Below are positions 17,765-27,988 of a stretch of DNA of 64,000 nt, piece after piece (position 1 is the stretch's first letter; every line of letters starts with the position of its first letter). The DNA lies in the IMG/VR virus record IMGVR_UViG_3300043410_001007, positions 39,930 through 103,929 of that record. One strand, written 5' to 3'. The position numbers and the translations under genes were made by a program. Below the pieces are notes generated by a model that was not told where the DNA came from, did no database searches, and saw only the letters and a list, made by a program, of their open reading frames with translations. The DNA comes from a virus.

Positions 17765-20056
17765 ATGGCTTCAGGTTACACACTCATTTACTACGGAAAT
17801 TCAACAGTCAACAAGAGCATTACTGTTCCTGACGGCGAAGCAAATACACTTGCTAATTTGAGCTTCCCGGGCAGAAACTTTAGTGGTTACGGTAGCCCGG
17901 TTGACCAGAACTTTATGTCTCTTGCTGAGAACTTCGCAAGTTCTGCTAACGGTCCAGCCAACCCAGTTGTGGGTCAATTCTGGTTCGACGCCGCTAACAG
18001 TGAAATGACATACAATGGTGCCCTAGACAATGATAGTGCTAGTGGTAATGATGTATGGCGCGGCCTATTGTATCGCACAATCAATCGCGGTGACCCAACT
18101 AAGTCAGTAGTAACCTTAGCAAAAATTGGTAATGTAGTAGTCGGTAACATCTCTAACACTGACCCTAACAACAGAGTTATTCGTTTCGATGCTGGTGGTA
18201 GTGGTAACATCTCTACTACTGGCAACCTAATCATCGGTGACAACGGTGACGGTAGTGATCCAGTACATGGTAACTTAGTTCTAAGTGATAATGGTAACAT
18301 CGATTCGATGGGTAACTTTACATTACACAATACAACAAGTTACTATCAAAACGGCGTGTCATACAACAATATCGAAATAGGAGCTAATGGTGTAGTAAAA
18401 TCTCGTGCGACAATTTCCGCAATATCAGAGGACGCTAATGGTAATGTACTAGGTACTGCGACGATTGGCCCTAACGGCGCTATTTACAATAGTGGCACTG
18501 CTATGTTTGCTCAGGACGGTAATTCACTAGTAACTATTGGTAATCAGTCAAAGTACGCAAATAATCAACAAACTAATCCATCATTGGTAGTTTATGGTGA
18601 TTTCATGCACTACGGCAACTTTATCGTTAGTGGTGCTACTACATCATTGAATGCCACGACAACCACAATCAAAGACTCTATCATCGATATTGGCGCCCTA
18701 GATAACAATGCTCCTCTGGTGTCACACGATGGTATTGATAGAGGTTTAGCACTACACACTTATGGTATTGGTTATTCTAAATCACTCGCATCAAACATGG
18801 CCAGTGGCGCAAATACGATTGTATTGTCAAATGCTTCGGGCATCACGGTTGGTATGCGAGTCGGCGATACTGCGTTTCAGTCATTCTCCATGGATACTTT
18901 CGTTACTGCGGTGAACGGCAATACTGTTACTATCAGTGCTAATGCCAACGCCGCAATTTCCAGTGGATCAAACATTAATTTTGGTACAGATAACATTCAC
19001 TTTATCGGTTGGGATGCTACTAGTAACACGGCAGGCCAAGGCGAGTTCGTGTTTACGAGTATGACAGAGCAACCTAGTGTTATTAATAACTACTTGGGTA
19101 ATTTGGGAATAGGTTCGCCAATCAATGGACCAAAAGCGGCCATTCACGCCAACGCTGGTACATTCGACGGTATCGTGTACAGTAATGGTGGCATTATGCC
19201 AGTTACTGGCGATACTCTAACTATCGGTACTACCGGAACTCGTTGGGCTAATGTAATCTCTGCTAACATTGGTGCTATCAACGGCACGACAACTGCCTGG
19301 ACACCTAACACTACTGTTACCTCTGCTACTACAACTGAATTCTTCGGTCGTGGTGGCAACATTGCTAACTTACAGATTGAGAACACGAACTTAATGACGT
19401 GGGTAGAAGTATCAACTAACAGAGTCGGCAACTTTAAGGTAGGCACACTAAACTCAACCGGTAATATCACTACTGGTACATATGTAACTTCACCACTGTA
19501 CAGAGGTTACTTCGATGTAGCATCTAACAATCAAGCTAACATTACTGCTCTCGGTACACTAACATCTCTAAACGTAGATGGTAATATTACAATCACTGGT
19601 ACCGGAACAGTGAGAACAGACAAAATAAGCGCATACAGTGGCAGTGGCAGCATAAGCGGCCAATGGACCCTAGCAAGTGGCGCTACTCTAGAAGCTACTT
19701 ACGCCGACTTAGCAGAACGTCATCACAGTGATAAAGAATACGCAACTGGTACAGTAATGACAGTTGGCGGAATTAATGAAGTAACTGCGGCCAGTAGCTC
19801 TAGTAGAGTGCTAGGAGTGGTCAGTGACCAATACGCTTATTTGATGAACGGCGAAGCTGGACCACAAGAAACACACCCTGCTATTGCTTATCTAGGTAGA
19901 GTGCCAGTTCGTGTAGTTGGGCCAGTAAACAAACATGACAGAATTGCGCCACTCAATGATGGAGTAGCTGTTGTTAGTGAGCACAATAGTTTCGCATGGG
20001 CAATCGAGGCAAACGAAGACGCGGGTGAAAAACTCGTATTGTGTATTGTAAAGTAA
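17765..20056 (+). CDS. Virion fibre/baseplate protein with C-terminal ADLAE chaperone domain
   Basis: N-terminal GRNFSGYG...QNFMSLAENFAS is shared with 13481; C-terminal ATYADLAE...GRVPVRVVG. Confidence 0.75.
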   Translation: MASGYTLIYYGNSTVNKSITVPDGEANTLANLSFPGRNFSGYGSPVDQNFMSLAENFASSANGPANPVVGQFWFDAANSEMTYNGALDNDSASGNDVWRGLLYRTINRGDPTKSVVTLAKIGNVVVGNISNTDPNNRVIRFDAGGSGNISTTGNLIIGDNGDGSDPVHGNLVLSDNGNIDSMGNFTLHNTTSYYQNGVSYNNIEIGANGVVKSRATISAISEDANGNVLGTATIGPNGAIYNSGTAMFAQDGNSLVTIGNQSKYANNQQTNPSLVVYGDFMHYGNFIVSGATTSLNATTTTIKDSIIDIGALDNNAPLVSHDGIDRGLALHTYGIGYSKSLASNMASGANTIVLSNASGITVGMRVGDTAFQSFSMDTFVTAVNGNTVTISANANAAISSGSNINFGTDNIHFIGWDATSNTAGQGEFVFTSMTEQPSVINNYLGNLGIGSPINGPKAAIHANAGTFDGIVYSNGGIMPVTGDTLTIGTTGTRWANVISANIGAINGTTTAWTPNTTVTSATTTEFFGRGGNIANLQIENTNLMTWVEVSTNRVGNFKVGTLNSTGNITTGTYVTSPLYRGYFDVASNNQANITALGTLTSLNVDGNITITGTGTVRTDKISAYSGSGSISGQWTLASGATLEATYADLAERHHSDKEYATGTVMTVGGINEVTAASSSSRVLGVVSDQYAYLMNGEAGPQETHPAIAYLGRVPVRVVGPVNKHDRIAPLNDGVAVVSEHNSFAWAIEANEDAGEKLVLCIVK

Positions 20057-20068
20057 AAGGCTAACGAC

Positions 20069-21016
20069 ATGACCTATCAAGTCGGCGGCCGCATAGATGC
20101 TTCGGACCTAAACAGCTTTATTTCTACTGCTACGAACAATGTAAATAGATTATGGAGTACGGGTAGTGGTGACTATGGCTATGGCCAAAGTGCTATCAGT
20201 ACAGTCAACGTTGGAGAAACAGTCGCGGCGGCCCCATGGTCAACACTAGTTGATACTGTTACAAAAATTGCCTCTCATCAAGGTACTGGTATTACCTCTA
20301 GAACTAATCCCTCTCAGGGAGATATCATTTCGTTCTTTACTAATCTATCGACTGATATCGACTCGATTACTAGTAGAAGATTGAGTTTTGCTGAGAGAGG
20401 TAGTAGCGGTTCTAAAACTGCTACTATCTATGCTGGTGGCTACGCTCATAGTGACAACAACTGGCACGATCAATCAGTGTCACTAACATATTCATTTGCT
20501 TCTGCTAATCACGCCCGATGGTTCTTCAACGCCGGCGGAGTAATACAACTGGCCTTTAAGGGCGCCCCCAATGGCTCACCACTCGACGGAGCAGTGCGAT
20601 CACTGTCAAACATCATGGGTAATCTTCGCTGGGGCAGTAACTACACCGAGCAATTTGGTACCACAGACTCTTCTGCTACAAGTTCAATATCTCTAACTCC
20701 CTTTCATACAGGTACTAGTGGCGGCCAGCAATTTTACAGTGACAGTACAAATCAGTGGTACAGCGGCGCAGACGATCATTACGAAGCACGAGCGGGGGTT
20801 TATGGTTACTGGTCAAACTCAAGTAACACATTTACTGTATCTGTGACTATCGGTATCAGAGACGGTAGTGCTGAAAAACGAGATAGACGCGGTAATTTAC
20901 TTAAATCAGCCGCCAGAGAAGTAGTCAATAATAACATAACAGTCACTCTTACATACATACAACCATACTCGTCCGGTACAACTATTACTAGCGCAAACTG
21001 GGGGACTCCTTCATAA
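20069..21016 (+). CDS. Virion structural protein (paralog A)
   Basis: Shares LWxTGSGDxGYGQ, HQGT and ARWFFNAGG motifs with the next gene. Confidence 0.6.
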   Translation: MTYQVGGRIDASDLNSFISTATNNVNRLWSTGSGDYGYGQSAISTVNVGETVAAAPWSTLVDTVTKIASHQGTGITSRTNPSQGDIISFFTNLSTDIDSITSRRLSFAERGSSGSKTATIYAGGYAHSDNNWHDQSVSLTYSFASANHARWFFNAGGVIQLAFKGAPNGSPLDGAVRSLSNIMGNLRWGSNYTEQFGTTDSSATSSISLTPFHTGTSGGQQFYSDSTNQWYSGADDHYEARAGVYGYWSNSSNTFTVSVTIGIRDGSAEKRDRRGNLLKSAAREVVNNNITVTLTYIQPYSSGTTITSANWGTPS

Positions 21017-21061
21017 CTATTGAGGTATTGAAAGACAATAAATAGAATAGAGTAGAACGAA

Positions 21062-22090
21062 ATGACATACCAAGTACAAAAAAGTGCCCAAGCTATTGAC
21101 TTTAATAGCATCATCAATACCAATACGCCATCGGTCAATGGACTATGGGCGACGGGTAGTGGCGATAGTGGCTATGGACAGGATGCCATTCATGGAGTAG
21201 TGACCGGTAAAAAAATAACAGCATTATCATCAACCGATGGCTCAAACACATATGGTGGCTGGAGCGATATTGCTAGGGCAATCGCTACCATGGCTGTTCA
21301 CCAAGGTACCTCAATTACTACTATCCCACTCTCACAAGCTAAAGAAAAGATTGATGTGAAGCGATCAGGCTCAGTAGTAGATTCAATCGCCACTGACCTA
21401 GCCCTACTAAACACTAATAGATTGAATGCTATTCAACAAGCCAGTAGTACATTATACAAAGAAACATCATCTAGTTCGTGGAGTGATTATATTAAATTCA
21501 AATACACTATCGATTTCGGTAGTGATGATAGAGCTAGATGGTTCTTCAACGCCGGTGGCCAATTCAAGGTTAGCTTAGATCACCCACTCAGTAGAGGCAT
21601 GAATCAACTAGTCAACTATCTTGGTAATGCTATGGGTGAAGTGTGGATCAGTAGTCCAGATAGTACCCAACAAGCAGTTATTGTTGGTACAACATGGAAC
21701 GGCGTAACGAAAGTCGGCGGCTCACAGGATGCTTACATGACATTGAACACTGGTTATGGCTTCAACTACTTACGTACTGTTCCAAATACTGACGTAGAAC
21801 TCATACGTCAAAAGTATGATAATAGTGCTGGCGGCTATTCATATCGTGGCTTCGCGGACAACTCTTATGCCGGAATCGTCGCTAACTATGATAATACCAC
21901 TGGCAAACTGTACATCACTGCTCTATTCGACGAAATCCCAGGTAGCGGCCCATCATCTTCTCCAGTAACGGCGGGTACAATCGCAATGTTGATCGTCAGA
22001 CCACCCAGTGGCGCAAATTTATCCAATACAAATTGGGTAGGTAGCTGGGGTGTATGGCCAGCTGTTTCCTGTCAGCAAATTCCTGTCTAA
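21062..22090 (+). CDS. Virion structural protein (paralog B)
   Basis: Same motifs as 20069; late promoter at 21038. Confidence 0.6.
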   Translation: MTYQVQKSAQAIDFNSIINTNTPSVNGLWATGSGDSGYGQDAIHGVVTGKKITALSSTDGSNTYGGWSDIARAIATMAVHQGTSITTIPLSQAKEKIDVKRSGSVVDSIATDLALLNTNRLNAIQQASSTLYKETSSSSWSDYIKFKYTIDFGSDDRARWFFNAGGQFKVSLDHPLSRGMNQLVNYLGNAMGEVWISSPDSTQQAVIVGTTWNGVTKVGGSQDAYMTLNTGYGFNYLRTVPNTDVELIRQKYDNSAGGYSYRGFADNSYAGIVANYDNTTGKLYITALFDEIPGSGPSSSPVTAGTIAMLIVRPPSGANLSNTNWVGSWGVWPAVSCQQIPV

Positions 22091-22142
22091 TTTATTTCTT
22101 GTCTTTAAGTTCATTCTAAATAACTCTACTGGAGAGTAAAGA

Positions 22143-22460
22143 ATGACATCAGCAGATACAATCGTAGAGAAGGCAAAAGCTAGGTTTAACCATAACGAAG
22201 CTCGCATATACCTAAAAGAAAAATACACAAACTTATTACAGTTGGTACACATGAATGGTATGTTCACTGTTACCGTTGAGCTTATTGCCTTCCTACGCAC
22301 TCCATCAAACGATACTGAGTATGTAATCATTGTTGATGATTATGGTAATCCGATACAAGTAAACAGAGAAAAATTATTAGAGGAAGCACAGGAACATTAC
22401 AGTATGGTAATGGCACACTGGCTAGAAGAACATACTCAATTAGCAGAGACTAGACAATGA
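22143..22460 (+). CDS. Hypothetical protein, first gene of the modification cluster
   Basis: GGAG SD, CTAAATA at 22116, ATGA overlap with the next gene. Confidence 0.6.
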   Translation: MTSADTIVEKAKARFNHNEARIYLKEKYTNLLQLVHMNGMFTVTVELIAFLRTPSNDTEYVIIVDDYGNPIQVNREKLLEEAQEHYSMVMAHWLEEHTQLAETRQ

Positions 22461-23269
22461 GTAGGGGCGTATTAGTATTCGCACATAATAATGGAATCAT
22501 CGATTATGTAAAGATGGCTTCCATTACGGCTAGTCGTGTTCGTAGATTTCTAAAACTGCCAACTACACTAGTTACTGATAGTTTATCGCTAGAAAACAAT
22601 AACCATGATACGACTATTTTTGATAAGATAGTATTAGTTGATGTTGAGCAAGACAATCATATTAGAAATGAACCATGGTACAATAAGGGTCGTTATCTCT
22701 GTTATGAACACACACCGTATGATGAGACTTTAGTTATTGATACTGATTATGTCATTAACAGTACTGCTCTACTAAAAACATTTCAACTACCCAGTGACTT
22801 TGTATGTTATCGAACAGCAAAATACATGTTTGATGATGCACATCCACATGAAACTATGGGTAATTTATCACTACAAACATACTGGGCAACTGTGATTAGA
22901 TTTAGAAAAACAGAACGTGTTGAGCACATATTCTCAATGATGGAGCGTGTCCAAGATCATTACTCATACTACGCAGAACTACACAACATGAATGATAACG
23001 AGACATATCGAAATGATTATGCGCTGACTATCGCACTACGAACAGTAAACGGCCATTTGGAACTTGAGGAAGATTTTATTCCAGGTAACCTCATTCATGT
23101 TGATAGGGATATTAAGGTAAATTCTATCGGCAATTCGGACACCAGATACAGAATGATAAAATCTGGCAAGAATACACCAACAAAACGTGCTAACTTTATC
23201 GTAGTTGATGACTTTGATTTTCACATGATGAATAAGACTAACTTTTTGGAGCTACTGGGCGATGAGTAA
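22457..23269 (+). CDS. GT-A fold glycosyltransferase-like protein
   Basis: TPYDETLVIDTDY carries a DxD motif in a GT8-like context. Confidence 0.65.
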   Translation: MSRGVLVFAHNNGIIDYVKMASITASRVRRFLKLPTTLVTDSLSLENNNHDTTIFDKIVLVDVEQDNHIRNEPWYNKGRYLCYEHTPYDETLVIDTDYVINSTALLKTFQLPSDFVCYRTAKYMFDDAHPHETMGNLSLQTYWATVIRFRKTERVEHIFSMMERVQDHYSYYAELHNMNDNETYRNDYALTIALRTVNGHLELEEDFIPGNLIHVDRDIKVNSIGNSDTRYRMIKSGKNTPTKRANFIVVDDFDFHMMNKTNFLELLGDE

Positions 23270-24050
23270 GGGTTATGTTATCCTAGCATTCAATAATGCT
23301 ACTACGGACTATGTTTCTATTGCAGGCACATTGTGTCGTAGTATTCATCGTGTAATGCCTGATGCTCTAGTATCTCTCATTACTAGTAGTGATGTAGTTG
23401 ATCCTCAATATGATCACATCATTAAAGTAGACGAAGTTGATAGTGGTGAGTGGAAATTGGGTAACGATTGGCTTATCTATGAGAATACGCCATACGAAAG
23501 AACAATCAAGTTAGAAGCAGACATGATAATCACACGTGATATCAGTTGGTGGTGGGATGTGCTTGAAAAACGTGACCTAAATGTATGTACTACGATTAGA
23601 GATTTTCGTGGCAAAATCAGCTATGAAGATTACTATCGAAATCCCATCACTAAGAACAATTTGCCTAACGCATACAATGCCATCACATACTTCAAAAAGT
23701 CACCACTAGCTAAACAATTTTACGATTGCGTAGCACAAATTTTCGAGCACTGGAGCGAACTAAGAACAATTTATTATGGCTTAGAACATAGTCCTACTAC
23801 TGATACAGTGTATGCTATTGCTATGAGTGTGATAGGTGAGGAACATTGTTCGATGCCAAACTTTACTGATTTTAGCTTCACGCATATGAAGCAACATATC
23901 AATGGACTACATACTAAGTACTGGGATCAACAACTAATGTATGAGTTATTGCCGCATACAGTACGGATCAATACGTATCCTCAGATGTATCCATTACACT
24001 ATCATGTCAAGTCGTTTGCTAATAAAATAGATGAAGCACTAGGAAAATAA
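23262..24050 (+). CDS. GT-A fold glycosyltransferase-like protein (paralog)
   Basis: TPYERTIKLEADM (ExD variant) and C-terminal PLHYH; similar to 22457. Confidence 0.65.
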   Translation: MSKGYVILAFNNATTDYVSIAGTLCRSIHRVMPDALVSLITSSDVVDPQYDHIIKVDEVDSGEWKLGNDWLIYENTPYERTIKLEADMIITRDISWWWDVLEKRDLNVCTTIRDFRGKISYEDYYRNPITKNNLPNAYNAITYFKKSPLAKQFYDCVAQIFEHWSELRTIYYGLEHSPTTDTVYAIAMSVIGEEHCSMPNFTDFSFTHMKQHINGLHTKYWDQQLMYELLPHTVRINTYPQMYPLHYHVKSFANKIDEALGK

Positions 24051-24479
24051 ATGTTCAAAAAAGAAGATTTACCAGAACCATTTCGCTCAATGACGCCAGA
24101 ACAAGAGAAACAATTTCTACAAGAGATTGATGTGGCTTTGCGTAAGACGGATCACCTATTTGTGCCGCAGGAGATTGAGTATCGTGTGTATTACAACGAG
24201 CGTGGTGAAGTTATTACATACACTACTGAGAAACTACCAGGCGAATACTTAGTAATCACAGTAGATGAATTCAACAGATGTAGACATGATGCGTTGATAC
24301 GTGATGGTCGCCTGATATTTACCAACGGCATCTCGACTGTAATGAAATTAGAACGCGGTGATATTGGTACATTCAAAGTTCATCGAGGTGACATCAGCGT
24401 CCCACTGTATTACTATGAACTCGATAATACTGCCCATGATACTTATCGAGTCAATGTCTACGAAGCTGAACATGAGTGA
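24051..24479 (+). CDS. Hypothetical protein
   Basis: Abuts the upstream stop codon and lies within the operon. Confidence 0.6.
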   Translation: MFKKEDLPEPFRSMTPEQEKQFLQEIDVALRKTDHLFVPQEIEYRVYYNERGEVITYTTEKLPGEYLVITVDEFNRCRHDALIRDGRLIFTNGISTVMKLERGDIGTFKVHRGDISVPLYYYELDNTAHDTYRVNVYEAEHE

Positions 24480-25380
24480 TACCGAAATCGTACATATCGA
24501 TGAACTAGACTTGGTCTATCTTAGTTACGATGAACCACAAAAAGAAGAGTTCTGGGTTAGACTGAAAGCAATTGCTCCCTGGGCAAAACGAGTAGACGGC
24601 ATAAAGGGCAGTGATACAGCACACAAAGCGGCTGCAGCCGCAAGTACTACAGAGCGCTTTATTCTAGTTGATGGTGATAATCTAGTTCAGCCGGAATTCT
24701 TCGATCAATACTTAGAAATAACTCCTGAAAATCGTTACTGTCAGTTTAGATGGAGAGCACGTAATCACATCAACGGCTTACATTACGGTAACGGTGGCAT
24801 CTCTTCTTGGACTAAATCGTATGTAAATTCAATGAGAACACATGAGAATAGTGCGGGATCTGATAAGACTAATATTGAGTTTTGTTTCGACAGTAATTAC
24901 TGGCCGCTACATAACTGCTACTCTACTAGTTACGCTAATTACTCGCCAAAGCAAGCATGGCGTGCTGGATTCAGAGAGGGAGTAAAATTATGTAGTCGTA
25001 ACGGCAAGATGCCCGAAAACACCCGCGGCTTCAAAGACTGGGTATTCAAACGCAACTATCAAAATCTTTCTATCTGGCACACTATCGGTCGTGATGTAGA
25101 GAACGGATTCTGGTCCTTACTGGGCGCACGACTTGGTACTCACTATCTGATGCTACGAGAGTGGGATTATGTAGAGGTACAAGATTTCGATTGCTTAGAT
25201 AGATTATGGGAACTACATAAAAACGACGATGAACAAACTGCCTCAGTAATCGCCAGAGAACTAAACTCTGAACTAGACACTAACATTGTTGAACTCAATA
25301 GCGAGGCTAGTAAGTTCTTCAAAGATTACATTGCTAGTCAGTGGCAAAACAAAACAATAATGACTAGAGAAGGTCAATGA
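24472..25380 (+). CDS. GT2-like glycosyltransferase
   Basis: LVYLSYDEP...RVDGIKGSDTAHKAAA...FILVDGDN (DxD)...AWRAGFREGVKL. Start reassigned to ATG 24472 to avoid a long overlap. Confidence 0.7.
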   Translation: MSDTEIVHIDELDLVYLSYDEPQKEEFWVRLKAIAPWAKRVDGIKGSDTAHKAAAAASTTERFILVDGDNLVQPEFFDQYLEITPENRYCQFRWRARNHINGLHYGNGGISSWTKSYVNSMRTHENSAGSDKTNIEFCFDSNYWPLHNCYSTSYANYSPKQAWRAGFREGVKLCSRNGKMPENTRGFKDWVFKRNYQNLSIWHTIGRDVENGFWSLLGARLGTHYLMLREWDYVEVQDFDCLDRLWELHKNDDEQTASVIARELNSELDTNIVELNSEASKFFKDYIASQWQNKTIMTREGQ

Positions 25381-26768
25381 CCAACACAAGAACAATTCGC
25401 ATCAAAGAAGTGCGTGACGAAATCAATAACATCTCGCCATCATTCTGTGCCGCAAAGTGGAAGCAAGTGACCCTACACTTACAGAACGGTCACACTCATA
25501 GTTGCCATCACCCGGCCACTCACATTGTTCCGCTTGATGAGTTAGTAGAAAACCCTAGTGCCCTACACAATACAGCATACAAAAAGAACATTCGACAAGC
25601 CATGCTAGATGGCCTTAGGCCACAGGAGTGCTCGTATTGCTGGCGCTCAGAAGACAGTGGAACTTTACTAAGTGATCGTGTTTTAAAAAGCGGTGAAACT
25701 TGGGCCAGACCACACATACCAGATATTGTTAGTAAGCCTGCTACTGATGATGTATTTCCTAGTTATGTAGAAGTATCATTTAGTAATGTGTGTAATTTTA
25801 AGTGTAGTTATTGTAGTCCAAACGTTAGTAGCGCATGGATGGAAGAAATTCAGCAATATGGTGGGTATCCAACAAAATCTAAGTTCAATGATATCGAGGG
25901 ATTTGTAGTTACTAAAAAGATACCTTATCTAGCACGTGAGCATAATCCGTACGTAGAAGCATTCTGGCAATGGTGGCCAGAATTGTATGCTAAATTAGAA
26001 GAGTTTCGCATCACCGGTGGCGAACCGCTACTATCAAAAGATACATTCAGGGTACTAGACTACGTTATTGAGAATCCCAACCCACGCCTGAAACTCAGTA
26101 TCAATACTAATCTAAATGCCCCCGACGGCTTGAATGATAAACTAATCGAACGATTCAAGCGAATACAGGAGTTAGGTGCGGTCAAAGAACTACAACTATT
26201 CACTAGTTGCGAAGCGGTTGGTGCCCAAGCAGAATACATTCGATACGGCATGAACTACAATGCCTGGCTAGAAAATCTAGACCGAATGCTCACTGAACTA
26301 CCAGACGTTCATGTTACTGTTATGAGTACATACAATATTCTAAGTCTTACTACCTATGATAGATTCTTAGCAGATATCTATGCGATGAAGAAGAAGCACG
26401 AGGCTACTACCAGAAAAAATAAACGTCAACCACTGCTAATCGACATACCATTCTTGTATCGTCCAGAGCATCAAGCACCATACATCTTTGGTGAAGAGTT
26501 TATCCACTACGCAAGTTCAAGTTTAAAATACATGACTGAGAACGCTCTCAAAGTACCAGGCAATATCTCGGGATTTCTACCACACGAGATTGATGGTATG
26601 CGCCGGGTAGTCAATATGATGAATGATAGCGCTAAAAAGGATTACATGGCAGCAAGACAAGATTTAGTTCGCTTTGTTGATGAGCATGACCATCGCCGCG
26701 GTACTAACTTTTTAGAAACATTCCCTGAATATCACGGAATCTACAAATACACTAAGCACACTCTCTAA
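25377..26768 (+). CDS. Radical SAM enzyme with N-terminal auxiliary Fe-S (twitch/SPASM-like) domain
   Basis: CNFKCSYC (CX3CX2C) and ITGGEPLL; N-terminal FCAAKW...SCHH...CSYCW cysteines. Confidence 0.9.
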   Translation: MTNTRTIRIKEVRDEINNISPSFCAAKWKQVTLHLQNGHTHSCHHPATHIVPLDELVENPSALHNTAYKKNIRQAMLDGLRPQECSYCWRSEDSGTLLSDRVLKSGETWARPHIPDIVSKPATDDVFPSYVEVSFSNVCNFKCSYCSPNVSSAWMEEIQQYGGYPTKSKFNDIEGFVVTKKIPYLAREHNPYVEAFWQWWPELYAKLEEFRITGGEPLLSKDTFRVLDYVIENPNPRLKLSINTNLNAPDGLNDKLIERFKRIQELGAVKELQLFTSCEAVGAQAEYIRYGMNYNAWLENLDRMLTELPDVHVTVMSTYNILSLTTYDRFLADIYAMKKKHEATTRKNKRQPLLIDIPFLYRPEHQAPYIFGEEFIHYASSSLKYMTENALKVPGNISGFLPHEIDGMRRVVNMMNDSAKKDYMAARQDLVRFVDEHDHRRGTNFLETFPEYHGIYKYTKHTL

Positions 26769-27334
26769 ACGCCACAAACGACTAGATGAATCCTCTCTTC
26801 GTTTCCGCCGTTGTAGACCCAATGAACTTCACGTGTATCTACACGCCACCAGTGACCGTCAGCGGGTATGTGATAACACGTGGCCACTACAGACTCCGGA
26901 CTGTTCTGTTCAATGACAAAATCGCTAGCACGGGCGATGTAAGCGTTGGGGTTAGTTTTCAACGCTAGATGATACCTTATTTCATCATCACGATGAACAC
27001 TCAAGCCAGTTTTAGGTAGTAATCTCATAAAACGAACTCTACCGATCTGACCAACACGCTCAGACAACTTCTCAATAGATCGTCTTATGTAGTAATCATC
27101 ACCTATGGTCCACTGATTGAATTCAATTTCACTAGACAGCTTAGTATTTGTTGTGCGATCATACAAGCTACCGGTAGCATCCAACCATCTGTCCTCTGCG
27201 CCATATCTGTATCTAAGACCAATCTGATTTCGGTCACCCCACTTACATTGTGTAAGAACTCGTTCTAGGTTAGCATTGACCCGATCTAAATCGACCTTCA
27301 TTTTTGTACGTTTTAGAAACAATTTTTTCTCCAA
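26765..27334 (-). CDS. Asp/Asn beta-hydroxylase-like 2OG-Fe(II) oxygenase
   Basis: LSVHRD (HxD)...RYHLAL...VHWVYNGGNEERIHLV. Confidence 0.75.
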   Translation of the reverse strand: MEKKLFLKRTKMKVDLDRVNANLERVLTQCKWGDRNQIGLRYRYGAEDRWLDATGSLYDRTTNTKLSSEIEFNQWTIGDDYYIRRSIEKLSERVGQIGRVRFMRLLPKTGLSVHRDDEIRYHLALKTNPNAYIARASDFVIEQNSPESVVATCYHIPADGHWWRVDTREVHWVYNGGNEERIHLVVCGV

Positions 27335-27960
27335 ATAGCCATGTAGCGAGTGTACATATTAGTTACCAACTCACCTTCATAGTAGATACGTGAGTTATCA
27401 CGTTTGTTCATCCTAATAAATTCATCTAAGCTAGAGCTACAACGGACATGCTCTACGCAATCAAAATAGTTGTTGCCTTGTACTGCCACCAATGTGCCAT
27501 TAGGTATCTTTTTGTACCATTCATCATACACCTCTTGTGTAACGTGCTCACTACTAGTGTTGATTACGATGTCTGGACGATACTGATTACTGTACACATA
27601 GGTCTTCATGTCGGCGGTTTCGGCTTTGAATTTCCAACTGTTAATCTCGTGAGGTTTGTTTACTGTATCCGCAATAGTTTCGCACCACGGATCTAAGTCA
27701 ATACTACGAATACGACGAACTTCGATATCATCGTGTTCCATAATCATACTAGCAAGAATACCAATCCAGCCACCAAAAATGTAAATATTAGCAGGACCCA
27801 TAGTAAACTCAGCCAACTCACTAACTAACCATGCTTTACTATCTAACTGACCATCCCATAGCGCATCAAGCGCACGTGTACGCTCCTCGTGCGAGAGCAA
27901 ATTTCTAATAGCATTCATCCAGTGGGCCAGGGCACCCACACTAACTCTAAAATCTTTCAT
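27313..27960 (-). CDS. Class I SAM-dependent methyltransferase
   Basis: IYIFGGWIG (motif I), SIDLD, DIVINTSSEH. Confidence 0.7.
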   Translation of the reverse strand: MKDFRVSVGALAHWMNAIRNLLSHEERTRALDALWDGQLDSKAWLVSELAEFTMGPANIYIFGGWIGILASMIMEHDDIEVRRIRSIDLDPWCETIADTVNKPHEINSWKFKAETADMKTYVYSNQYRPDIVINTSSEHVTQEVYDEWYKKIPNGTLVAVQGNNYFDCVEHVRCSSSLDEFIRMNKRDNSRIYYEGELVTNMYTRYMAIWRKNCF

Positions 27961-27988
27961 TACATTATTTAGTTAGTAAATAGATGCT
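27961..27988. promoter_or_regulatory. Back-to-back divergent late-type promoters
   Basis: CTAAATA on minus (27966-27972) and GTAAATA on plus (27976-27982), each 5-6 nt from an ATG. Confidence 0.65.
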
